Assembly (NCBI GenBank): GCA_030141605.1
Contig: JAQGDQ010000806.1
Coordinates: forward strand, 29,563-93,562
Reading direction: 5' to 3'
DNA length: 64,000 bases
Source: Tubiluchus corallicola
Lineage: Eukaryota > Animalia > Priapulida
In this document: positions 15,001-24,580 of the stretch, piece by piece
Position numbering within the stretch: the first letter of the stretch is position 1
How the letters are laid out: the number at the start of each line of letters is the position of its first letter
Program-made: the position numbers and the translations under genes
The notes under the pieces: model-generated
The model's database searches: none
The model's input: the letters and a program-made list of their open reading frames with translations, nothing else
Told to the model about the DNA's origin: nothing

Positions 15001-16310
15001 TTTGCACGTTTTAGTCGTCGGATAATGCCAAACAAAATTCTGTCGTTAATTACGACAGCATTGTGTTTGGCGTAGAATCAACTGTAACACTGCGTTGCAT
15101 AACGTTATTCTCAAATTCAAGGTGGCAGGAAGGATGTGGTGACCAAGAAAGCCGTTGCCGGTACTGCTGTTTCTGTTTTCATTTTATCTCGTTGCGTGAG
15201 CAAGACTAAACAAAATGTTTCAGGGAAAAAATGCAACATCGGGGCTCGATCTCATTAGGACGGAAGCCATGAAATTTAGCAAAGTTAGTTTCAGAAATTT
15301 AAGTTACAGATTAATTAATTAATTAAGTTACTCCTTTAATTAAGAAAAAACTTCTTTCTATTTTGATATTGATCTTGAAACATGGGTGTTTGGCAGACAT
15401 TTGTAAATACCTAAAATTTTCAGCATTTCAGAAAAAATATCAGCAAAGCATATTTTAAATTTGCCTCTCAAATGTTAACATAAACCATAACATTAGCTTC
15501 GAAAAAGTTTATGTACCTGTTTCACAATAATCTCCAGTGTATCCTTGAGCACAAAAACACATATAATTGCCCATTCCCTTTATACAGGTGGCTCCATTTT
15601 TGCAAGCGTGATTAAGGCAAGGGTCAACAGCTATAAAAACAATTAAAATCGTCATTCAGTGAATAATAAAATAATAATTTAGTTAGTTGCTGGTGGTCCA
15701 GCATAACGTTACGAACACAGGGAAGATTTTTGGTCGGGTGTCATCATATCATTTTGGGAAAATTTTGCAGACAGACGGGCAAATGGATAGACGGTTTAGC
15801 AAATGAATATAAGATTTATACTGCAGCAGACAATGACATTGACATAAATTCAGACGTTTTATTTGAATTAACCTAAAGCCTATTCATGTTAATACCTAAA
15901 AACACAACATAATCATGATTCTTAGGTTATGGTAAATTAGTCAATAAGTGAAAAAAAATCGAAATTTTTGTTTATTCTCTTATTTGTCCATAGTTAAGAG
16001 CATTGCAGTAATATGTACTTTCATTAGTATAACTTCTTGAGTTTTTTTCGTACCGGTGACATAGTATTTGCATTTTCCACTGCTGACCGACATCTTTGCA
16101 AAAAAGCAACACGTTTAACCAAAAATTGTTTGAACACTCAACAAATATGAAAAATTTTAGAAAATTAATTACACGAATTTTTACACATTTAGACTATTTT
16201 AGCCTTAGTTTCCAAAGAGGGAAAAACTATGTTCCATTGGTAGCAATTGTTGCTCAATAGTTTTCTATCCAGAGCATCTGCTATCTTAGCTAATTCCTAT
16301 ATATATATGT

Positions 16311-16363
<53 letters not shown>

Positions 16364-16402
16364 CGTGTGTGTGTGTGTGCATGTGTGTGTGTGTGTGTGT
16401 GC

Positions 16403-16445
<43 letters not shown>

Positions 16446-17658
16446 CATGGCTGTGTGTATGTGGCTACGAGAATGTAACATTAAGAAAATGCCTAAATTA
16501 GTCCAGCCATGTAAAAAATGTAAATCAACAGCAAATGAACCAGTATTTAGAGTTCAGATAAATTACTCAAGGACATTGCATCTTCAGATCTAAAATTAAT
16601 TGTGGGTTTTTCTCTACTACACGGACAATCCCCTGAAAGTTCAAGTACATTGTACACATGCCTTTCAGAAGTGTCACCAGATGCTCAAAACTATTTTGAT
16701 GTTGCAGTACCAACAATGAGCACTTTTAACTTGCCAAATGCTTGAATAGATATTTCACCACCAGTCACAAATTTACTAGTCCTCAGCATATGGCCCACGG
16801 GTTTACTTTAGTACATAGTTCAACTGGTTGCACGCAGAGGATTCACATCTTTTCCACCAGGAGGCCTTCGCATCTTTTTTGATGATGTACCAACAATAAA
16901 CACTTTTCTGCTGAAATTACTCACAATTTCCAGCTGAGTGCTTGCATGAAATATTTCCCTCTTGATCATCAGTTAACTGCGATGTAAATGTTCATGAGTG
17001 AGAGAAAAATAGTCATATTCATTCTCCCACCTCATCTTTTCTGTAGGGTTTACCATGGAAACAATTTGATTAATGATTGAACTTTTGAAATCTTGCAGCG
17101 TTCGGTAAAGCATTATTGATGTTGTTTGTTTGCACATTTATAAACTACAAACTCAGCATAATATGATTGCACACATCACCTTCATCACAGTGAACTCCAG
17201 TAAATGCATGATGACAAGTACATGTGTATCCATTAATTCCGTTGTGACATGTACCTCCATTCTTACAAGGATTAGATAAGCACTCATTAATATCTGAAAA
17301 AAAGATAATTATGCCATCTGAAAACATTGTAAAATAATGAAAATATGATTCTGATGATAAGCAATGTGTCTCAAATAATTCTTATTATACAGACACTAAT
17401 TTTGAGGTTTTGCCAAAGAATTGCACATTTTATTATTATAGTTGTTATTAGTATTATTATTAATAACATAGCAGCATTAGTATTTAAATTTTTATCATGT
17501 AATTGCGTTATTTAAAATATAGAGCATACCTTTTTGTGACTTTAAATATCTGTACTTCAAAGAACAATTTTATGTGGATTTCACAGAACAGTATTACTAT
17601 TGTTCAGTAATAAAGTAACAATTACTAGTAGACTTAAGTAGTAATAACGCTATTACTA

Positions 17659-17715
<57 letters not shown>

Positions 17716-20700
17716 GTTGTTGTTGTTGTTGCTGCTGTTTTTTGCCTTCATTACCAGACATTAGGAGCCATTATACAGACAAGCAGCTATGTTACATATA
17801 ATACTTAATACTTATTACTTACGACTAACTGGGGTGAATAAAGACAATTTTTACGTTTAAGCTGCCATAGTGTTTCTGTGAGTTTGCTCTACCAAGCTGT
17901 GTTTGGTATTCATATGTGTACATACACAGTTTGTTTCTTGAAGGCTAATTTTTTGTTGTCTAAGAACGACTGTCCCTGTTAAGCCTGCATTCTTTGAGGA
18001 TTAGAGATAGCTTTATTTTATGTTCTTCTACCCGTCCTGCATTTCGTGAGGTGAAAGTGGACACAACTTGTGGACACAGAAAACGTGTTTTGAAATCAGT
18101 TGCCTTGCTATGTAGGATAAATTAGCAACCCCAACATTTTAAGTTGGGCTGTTGCTCCCAAAATTTGTACATTTTATTTTATCGTTCTGCTGATGTTTGT
18201 GCAAAAATTAATAAAAATAGAGAACAACTCAAAAGTGAAAAAAGTAGTTAAGTACTAAAGATAAGTCACTCAACTGCTACAAAATGACCACACCCTGTTC
18301 TCTAAATAGGTCAGTGCAATAAAAATGCAGCTACCATTGTTGATTGTGTTATTAGTATGGTTACAAATATTTACAAATATTTTTAATCACAATTTAACTA
18401 AACTAACATTGAGTTAGAAGGCTCTGTAGGCAAACTGAAGCATTGAGTAGAAGAGGCAAAAAACAACAAAATTAACAGTTCTTGCGTCCAGTATATCCCG
18501 CAACGCAGTCACAAGTGAAACTGTTGACTCTATTCGTACATGTGCCTCCATTTTTACACGGATTAGAGGCGCAGTTGTCAATGACTGAAAAAATTATGAA
18601 TGATTAATATTTGCCTTTAATGCTGAAGATACCACAGAATGACCCCATTCAATTCAATTTCATTCATTCGTTGCCATTCATTCAATTTCCCACCATTGAT
18701 TCATTGATTATGTAAAGCATGAAAACTAACAATACATTATGGGTTAATATATATACATACACACACACACATATATATATAATTATATAATTATATATAT
18801 ATATATGTGTGTGTATGTATGTATATTAACCCCTTAATTTATTGTTAGTTTTCATGCTTTACATAATCAATGGTGGGAAATTGAATGAATGACACTGAAT
18901 GAATGAAAATGAATCGAATGAAATCATTCTGGGATATCTTCAGAATTAAAAAATATATATATATATATAGAGAGAGATAGAGAGAGTCATTTTCAAAAAT
19001 TAGTGTTTAGTATAATGAAGTTGCTAGAAATTATGGGAAAATCTAAGAGATTTATGCTAATTGCACAATCTGCTGCAACTTTGTCGCTTTAGTTTATTTC
19101 ATTTGGCATGACAAATTGATACATAAATATGATGAAACACAAAATACCATATCGAAAGAAAACAAACCTGTAAACAATAAAGTCGTTTAGTAAATTACTG
19201 CGGTTGTCCAGAAAGACAATGTGAAAAGGTCAAATAAAGGAGGATGAAAAGTAAAAGGATATGAAGATGTAACGTAAAATTGAGAAAAACAAAATAAAAC
19301 AGCATAATATTCGCAACAGCTTATCATTGAAAATTAACCATTTTTGTTCTACAAAAACAACTAAATTAGCGGAGAAAACTTCAAGTCTATCTACCAAGAA
19401 ATGACAGAATGGCCGACTGTTCTGCAACAAAAAGGCATTTATCATTGGATCTTGCATTGGATGGTTACAGATGTTTACTAAACTAACATTGAATTAAATA
19501 AGCAAATTAATTTGTGCATTGAGTAGCTAATGCAAAAATGCAACAAAAATCAATAGTAACATTGAATTTTATTTTACTTACTTGTAATTATTGTTTTACA
19601 CTATTTTAATACAGATCAAACAATATGGAAATGTATACCTTGACCGCAGTTTATCCGTCTGAGTTAGAAGGCTCTGTAGGCAAACTGAAGCATTGAGTAG
19701 AAGAGGCAAAAAACAACAAAATTAACAGTTTTTACTTAATTACTGGAATTTACTCTTATTACAGAAGTGCATATTACACAATGTATACCTTGATCACACT
19801 TTTGTCCAGTATATCCTTGAACGCAGTCACAAGTGTATGTGTTGATTCCATCTCTGCACGTGCCTCCGTTTCGACAGGGATTAGGCAAGCAGTTGTTAAT
19901 GACTGAAAAATTATGAATAACTGGTTTACTTCCTGTGTTCACAAGTGAATTTACACATAAACCACACTGCTGATCTGTGCATTCTCAAAAACCCAAATTT
20001 TAATGGCTAAGCAGTCTGCTCAGCCGGTTCGTTTAGCAGTATTTGCTCTCATTCAGTATAAAAAAACATGTTTTTTTTTCAATATTTCAGGAGAATCCTC
20101 GTACATTTGTTCGAATTTGTTTCAGTCTCGTATTAAAAAACTCGTGTTAAGAAATCCTTTCATAATATAAAATTTCACCTTGGTCACAATTATCTCCTCC
20201 ATAATCAGGATCGCAGGTACAAGAGTACATATTCTCTAAGTTTTTGCATAAACCATTGACACATGGACTGGACTGACATTCATCAATATCTAAAACATTG
20301 AAAACAAATGTTAATGCAATGATTATAAAATAGTTTTCAGGGTAAAAGAAAATTCATAACTGAATATAAACATTGGAATACGAGTAAAATCTTTAATGAT
20401 GATGATGATGATGATAATTAGCAAAGGCCCGGAAAAAATTTTGCTTATAATTACACTTATAATCAATAATACGCGAACATCCTACTTAGTCTTCATTTAT
20501 AACGCAAACCAGTAGCAGGTTTTACTGAATTAAAGCTATAAGGTCATAAGCAGAGTATAATAGCTTTACGTCAGCAGTTTTCCTGGTGAAATTGCCTAAA
20601 ATGGAACCTCCAATAGCCTGGTTCCTCCACTTTCTAAAGAGCTATGTATCTCCTTTCGAGCGTCCCACCAGGCGCCGCTGGAATGATTTTATACAGGCTG

Positions 20701-22435
20701 TTTGGTCAAAATTTCGAAAGAAAATCGGGAGTTGGGTCCGGGAAAACATAGTGATGCCATGGGCCTCCCACGAATTCCAAATATGCCTACTACACCCACT
20801 CCTGAATGGTTATGCAACAATTATCAGCACCACCACTGGCATATTCCCCACCTCCAAAAATAAGAGGTAAAAGTTTTGCAAAAAAAGGCTAGAAAATGGC
20901 CATTTTTTGAGGTTTTTTGCACCCCGTTCATCGCCGTGAGTCCGATTCGAAAAATAATCCCCCAGTGGCATGATGCTAGATCGTGATCTTTCATTTGCTA
21001 TATAGATCGCAGCAAATAGGGCCATCATCATTGGACCTGCAGGAAATGATAGTCAATGTGCCATATAAATGAATGTACGCAAGTACTTGTAAATATTTTA
21101 TTATCAAATTTTATTCCTAGTAAAGTGATTTTTGTAATTATTTACTAATACCAGTATCTTTAAATCAGTATTTTTAAACTTCAGCGTATACAACACAGCC
21201 ACATCGCATGAAAAATGTTTCTAAAATGTGTTAAGGAATGGTGAACAATTGGTAGGCAGTATGTCAGATTTGTGCTTCTGGTAATTTTTTGACCATGATT
21301 TTCCACTTCCAGTGGTTAAAATTAAAATTGGCGCTTCAAATTTCTGAAATAAACTAACTGAAATGCAGCTAAATGTTATTACGAACAAACAAAATGGCGA
21401 ATTTACCGGCTAAGGGTCGCACATGCTCACCCGCGCCCAATAGCATGCTTGCACAAGCAGAGAGTCCTAACTGTACATAATAGTATTGTTTAAACTGTGC
21501 AGTTTAACCCTGTATGTACTGGAGTGCAGTCACAAGTGTATGTGTTTATTTCATTTGTACATGTGCTTCCATTTTACACGGTTTAGGCCTGCTGTGGTGA
21601 GCGGCTGAGTTACTGGTTTATTTCGTGTGTTTACAAGGCAAGTTACTGAGAAGTTTCACTGCAGAACAGTGCATTTTCTAAAATTCATTTTTAATGGTAA
21701 AGCAGTGTGCTCAATCAATAACTGAGTTTGTTATGATAATAATAATAATAATAATAATAATAATCTTTATTTAAAGTCTGCTTTTGGGTCAACAATTAAC
21801 ATTAGCTCAAAGAGTGCACTTTCAAAAATACATTTTTTAATGGTAAAGCAGTGTGCTCAATCAATAACTGAGTTTGTTATGATAATAATAATAATAATAA
21901 TATTAATAATAATAATCTTTATTGAAAGTCTGCTTTTGGGTCAAAAAAAAACATTAGCTCAAAGAGCTATTATTGCCGACTACAACTACATAACTACATA
22001 ACAGAGACTATTATTACCCCGCTTTTACCCTAAATGCCACGCGTCAGGCAGGGCAAAGCAGGTACGATTTTTTAAAGACTTAGGTATGACCCGGCCGCTG
22101 GTTCGAACTCACGACCTCCCAGATGGAAAGCAGACGCATTACCACTAAACTAAACCGTCTGGTATAAAATCGTCTTGTTCATTTAGCAGTTTGCACGCTT
22201 ATTAAGTAGGAAAAAAAAACACATATGTTTGCCAGTTCCGAGTAAACCTTCACACTTGTTTACTTCACATATTAAAATACTGATGCTGAGAAATCTTTAA
22301 TGCTACTGTAATGTATAATTGTACCTTTGTCACAATTATCTCCTTCATAGCCAGCTTTGCACTTACAAGTGTACCCATTCACTAAGTCATTGCATGTTCC
22401 GTGGTCACATGGATTTGATTGACATTCATCAATAT
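1..22435 (-). CDS. Multi-exon gene (partial) encoding tandem calcium-binding EGF-like repeats (Notch/fibropellin-like extracellular protein)
   Basis: 17 intact AG/GT-bounded exons of 111 or 114 nt, each phase 1-1 and encoding one six-Cys EGF module (typically D-I-D/N-E-C-x-S-N-P-C...G-Y-x-G-x-x-C). The gene continues off the left edge. No start, signal-peptide or transmembrane exon was found in the window. Confidence 0.9.
1452..1562 (-). CDS. EGF exon, 111 nt: [37 protein letters not shown]
   Basis: AG/GT boundaries, six Cys, phase 1-1. Confidence 0.9.
2384..2494 (-). CDS. EGF exon, 111 nt: [37 protein letters not shown]
   Basis: AG/GT boundaries, six Cys, phase 1-1. Confidence 0.9.
2564..2795. 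repeat. Intronic tandem duplication, ~123-bp unit x2
   Basis: CAGTTT(T)ATGCAAAAAC..ATATAAGTTAGCAAATAA...GAACTTGAGCAAAAATA occurs twice. Confidence 0.85.
2919..3032 (-). CDS. EGF exon, 114 nt: [38 protein letters not shown]
   Basis: AG/GT boundaries, six Cys, phase 1-1. Confidence 0.9.
4911..5021 (-). CDS. EGF exon, 111 nt: [37 protein letters not shown]
   Basis: AG/GT boundaries, six Cys, phase 1-1. Confidence 0.9.
5871..5984 (-). CDS. EGF exon, 114 nt: [38 protein letters not shown]
   Basis: AG/GT boundaries; lies within ORF 5815..6009. Confidence 0.92.
7334..7444 (-). CDS. EGF exon, 111 nt: [37 protein letters not shown]
   Basis: AG/GT boundaries; lies within ORF 7266..7526. Confidence 0.92.
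8154..8267 (-). CDS. EGF exon, 114 nt: [38 protein letters not shown]
   Basis: AG/GT boundaries, six Cys, phase 1-1. Confidence 0.9.
8707..8817 (-). CDS. EGF exon, 111 nt: [37 protein letters not shown]
   Basis: AG/GT boundaries, six Cys, phase 1-1. Confidence 0.9.
9708..9821 (-). CDS. EGF exon, 114 nt: [38 protein letters not shown]
   Basis: AG/GT boundaries, six Cys, phase 1-1. Confidence 0.9.
10313..10338 (-). pseudogene. 3' fragment of an EGF exon (YEGDNCDQ plus donor GTGAAA)
   Basis: Matches the 3' end and downstream intron of exon 20179-20289; the 5' part and acceptor are missing. Confidence 0.7.
10524..10634 (-). CDS. EGF exon, 111 nt: [37 protein letters not shown]
   Basis: AG/GT boundaries; within ORF 10465..10659. 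Confidence 0.92.
11318..11428 (-). CDS. EGF exon, 111 nt: [37 protein letters not shown]
   Basis: AG/GT boundaries; within ORF 11259..11453. Confidence 0.92.
12130..12240 (-). CDS. EGF exon, 111 nt: [37 protein letters not shown]
   Basis: AG/GT boundaries; within ORF 12071..12265. Confidence 0.92.
12810..13420 (-). mobile_element. Degenerate 3' end of a non-LTR retrotransposon (CR1/L2-group-like)
   Basis: ORF 12944..13276 contains [24 protein letters not shown], resembling the C-x-C...E...H.LL.C..Y...R motif at the end of LINE ORF2; a (TTG)n(TTA)n tail follows on the minus strand. Confidence 0.5.
15517..15630 (-). CDS. EGF exon, 114 nt: [38 protein letters not shown]
   Basis: AG/GT boundaries, six Cys, phase 1-1; the most divergent module. 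Confidence 0.88.
15682..15816 (-). mobile_element. Short Helitron-like non-autonomous remnant
   Basis: Minus strand begins TCTTATATT..., has a CCGTCTGTCTG core and ends ...GCAACTAA. Called on pattern similarity only. Confidence 0.3.
16298..16446. repeat. Compound microsatellite (TA)n(TG)n(TA)n
   Basis: Read directly from the sequence. Confidence 0.95.
17180..17293 (-). CDS. EGF exon, 114 nt: [38 protein letters not shown]
   Basis: AG/GT boundaries; within ORF 17145..17327. Confidence 0.92.
17650..17740. repeat. Microsatellite (TTA)n(TTG)n
   Basis: Read directly from the sequence. Confidence 0.95.
18472..18584 (-). pseudogene. EGF exon lacking its donor site: [37 protein letters not shown]-stop
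   Basis: Intact acceptor at 18585-18586. The 3' end is fused to intron sequence identical to 19661-19730 and reads into an in-frame TAA. Confidence 0.75.
18617..18949. mobile_element. ~330-bp fold-back (palindromic) MITE-like element
   Basis: Left arm TTAATGCTGAAGATACCACAGAATGA...GTAAAGCATGAAAACTAACAATA mirrors right arm TATTGTTAGTTTTCATGCTTTAC...TCATTCTGGGATATCTTCAGAATTAA around a (CA)n/(TA)n/(TG)n centre. Confidence 0.75.
19639..19660 (-). pseudogene. 3' fragment of an EGF exon (..RINCGQ plus donor GTATAC)
   Basis: Same donor context (ATGTATACCTTGA on plus) as exon 19789; the remainder is absent. Confidence 0.5.
19789..19902 (-). CDS. EGF exon, 114 nt: [38 protein letters not shown]
   Basis: AG/GT boundaries; within ORF 19736..19942. 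Confidence 0.92.
20179..20289 (-). CDS. EGF exon, 111 nt: [37 protein letters not shown]
   Basis: AG/GT boundaries, six Cys, phase 1-1. Confidence 0.85.
20417..21060 (-). mobile_element. Dispersed repeat, Helitron-like non-autonomous (second copy at 59625-60417 in opposite orientation)
   Basis: ATCAATAATACGCGAACATCCTAC, TTTGGTCAAAATTTCGAAA and TATAGATCGC shared in reverse complement with 59.7-60.4 kb; minus-strand end CTTTGCTAA. Confidence 0.6.
21490..21590 (-). pseudogene. Degenerate EGF pseudo-exon ([31 protein letters not shown]-stop)
   Basis: One-base deletion in the K-N-G codons, no recognisable first Cys, acceptor or donor; flank resembles the intron beside exon 19789. Confidence 0.75.
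21668..21966. repeat. Tandem duplication (~146 bp x2) that includes the SINE tail
   Basis: TTTTAATGGTAAAGCAGTGTGCTCAATCAATAACTGAG...(AAT)n...CATTAGCTCAAAGAG occurs twice. Confidence 0.85.
21886..22160 (-). mobile_element. tRNA-derived SINE
   Basis: Minus strand has an A-box-like TAGTTTAGTGG, a B-box GAGTTCGAACC, a central GGTCATACCTAAGTCTTTAAAAAATCGTACCTGC segment and a 3' AATAAAG(ATT)n tail. Confidence 0.75.
22325..22435 (-). CDS. EGF exon, 111 nt: [37 protein letters not shown] (most 5' exon found)
   Basis: AG/GT boundaries; within ORF 22272..22457; flanks homologous to the triplicated unit at 10.3-12.5 kb. Confidence 0.92.
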
Positions 22436-22703
22436 CTAAAGTGTTCAAAATATACATCAGTGAAGTTTTTAAATCGATTTTCTATATGATAATATTAATA
22501 TTAAATATCATAACACAAGTAAAAAGTAACAGGTTGCAAAAGCTTATAATATTGTGGTGTTTTACACCTGCTCACCTCCTCTCGCCTTAATTGTTCTGAA
22601 GAAGGACAGCTATTTTACCTTCGACAACAGTAAATTAGCTAATAAATGCCCTAAGAATGGGATCAGCGGCGATTATAATGATTGCGCGCACTTGCACGAA
22701 CAG

Positions 22704-23094
22704 TGTGAAAAATGTCTAAAGGTAAAATAGCTAAGACATCAGTATATTGCAGAACACAGGTGAGTTTATTTATACAAATCAGTTAGTCATACAAATTATC
22801 CACAGCACATGTTGATTCTATGCTCTCTGACAGCCAACTGCCCAGGTAAGTTTTCTATGAAGCAAGGAAGCCAGCAATTCTATGAAGGGTAAATGTTATG
22901 CATACTACATAGTTCAAGGATAAAAGTTTAGACTGTATATTAAGAAATAGACTTATTTTACAGCTGAAATTTCTTGTGTGGGATTTTTAATGTTTTAACC
23001 AGAGACTACAATAATATGACATAATGAACAAAAATAATGACATATGACATAATAATAAAAAATAATGACATATGACATCGTGAACTTCACGACA
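22704..23094 (-). repeat. 3' LTR (may extend left to 22553)
   Basis: Near-identical to 26198-26572 apart from substitutions and a short indel; contains ~28-bp ATATGACATAAT repeats and a minus-strand AATAAA (22765-22770). Confidence 0.85.
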
Positions 23095-23508
23095 CTCCGA
23101 CCAGGAAGTTGGAAATAACAAACTATTTGATACTTTAACCTTTTAAGTCATTTAACTTTTACAAGAAATAAATTTGTTACATTTCTTAATCATTTTAAGA
23201 ATAACATCTAACATCTTAAGTACGAGATGGCGCCACCAACCAGTTTGGGCGCCGTGGATAAATACGAATCACACCATTGCAAAACGGAGTATTTGGGCTA
23301 TGTACAAAGAGGGTAAGTTTTTTTTAATCTAATTTAATAGTGGCATTAAATTTCAAAGTAATTTTGTATATAATTATCACGCTACATTCGTAACAAGTTT
23401 CATTACACACAACTTAACGATAAACTTAATATTTCTCTATTGAGTTTCACTACAAATAACATTCAATCTCTAGATTACAAAATCATCATGACGATTTGAG
23501 TACAAAGT

Positions 23509-23592
23509 ATCGATTTAGGATACAAATTCGTAACAAAGGGCATCGATTTAGGATGCAAATTCGTAACAAAAGGCATCGATTTAGGATGCACA
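23509..23592. repeat. 33-bp tandem repeat (~2.5 copies) in retroelement 3' region
   Basis: ATCGATTTAGGAT(A/G)CAAATTCGTAACAAA(G/A)GGC repeated. Confidence 0.85.
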
Positions 23593-24039
23593 CGATTTAC
23601 CAATCGTTAGATTTAAATTACAAGTGGATTGCTAACCGAGGACATGCACAAGTACTATTACTATTAGCAAGTATAATAAGCAATGACATCCAGCATTGGT
23701 TACTCTTTGTGTTTATGATAAAGTTTGTACAGCATTTGCTTGGTTCGCCTGTAGGTTATGCTGTACATGGTCTATCACACAATTAGACACAATTTATCAA
23801 TAACATTTCTATCATTACTTTTTTTCAGGTTTATAACAAAGAGCACGTTTTGTGCACAAGGTAAGTATAAGGTAACTCAGGTAAGTAATATTTTAACAAC
23901 TTAATAAGCAGCTATTCAAACAGTGTTAACAATAACAGCAACAAGTTATTCAAATGATGTTAACAACAATAGCAATACTAAACAATGCAAAACTTATTTA
24001 CAAAATCTTTAATGTTTCTAATTTTACAGGTAGATTTGA

Positions 24040-24291
24040 TTAAGGTGGATCTTGGGTTTCAATAGAAACAATTCGATACAAGTGGAAAGTTTTCCGACAT
24101 TTGCAGGATCCACGTGGTAAGTTTGAATTAGAAATCAGAATTACATCATTATCGTTTGACGGAATAATTACAACATTTTTCATAGAGTTTGGCTTTCTGA
24201 TTTCTGTATATGCATACTGTGTCAAAGATAGCCACATGATTTTAAATGGAAATTTAATTCCATACATGAAAACTTTTATGGCTCTAAACAT
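24040..24291 (-). pseudogene. Remnant of BEL/Pao integrase C-terminal region (DUF5641-like)
   Basis: FKIMWLSLTQYAYTEIR...NDVILISNSNLPRGSCK...HLYRIVSIE resembles the F-W..W...Y-L..L-R...GDVVL....LPR..W...LYPLE pattern of BEL/Pao pol C-termini; located just 5' of the 3' UTR and LTR. Confidence 0.65.
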
Positions 24292-24580
24292 GAATGCAAT
24301 GAAGTGTGCCGAAATTCTTCATTTTATACAAGTTTATAGAACCAAGGAAATTATGCTAGGACTTTATTTGAAAGGAAAAAAATCAGTTTGATATCTACAA
24401 AGCTACAAACCAGGTGATACAGTTGCTCTGCTTGGAAAAGAAGTCAGTTTGCTTGGTATAAGGCTGCAAACCAAGTGATACAGTTACTCTGTTCCTGTTT
24501 ATACTGAGTGCTAAATATATGGACAGTATTGGTGCTTCTAATTTGGAATCCAGACGACTGCAAGTTAACCTTGTTTGAGT

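Noticed and set aside
16247-16593. YIYI/CVCV ORFs
   Set aside because: Microsatellite translations.
22085-22160. Functional tRNA gene
   Set aside because: A and B boxes are present but no complete acceptor stem or terminator; it continues into a SINE body and tail.
1-22435. Calling the gene Notch, Delta/Jagged or Crumbs
   Set aside because: Only EGF modules are visible; no LNR, DSL, laminin-G, transmembrane or ankyrin exons, and the recent exon turnover is unlike those conserved genes.
23010-23592. Short direct repeats as a CRISPR-like array
   Set aside because: Head-to-tail tandem repeats without unique spacers, inside a eukaryotic retroelement.
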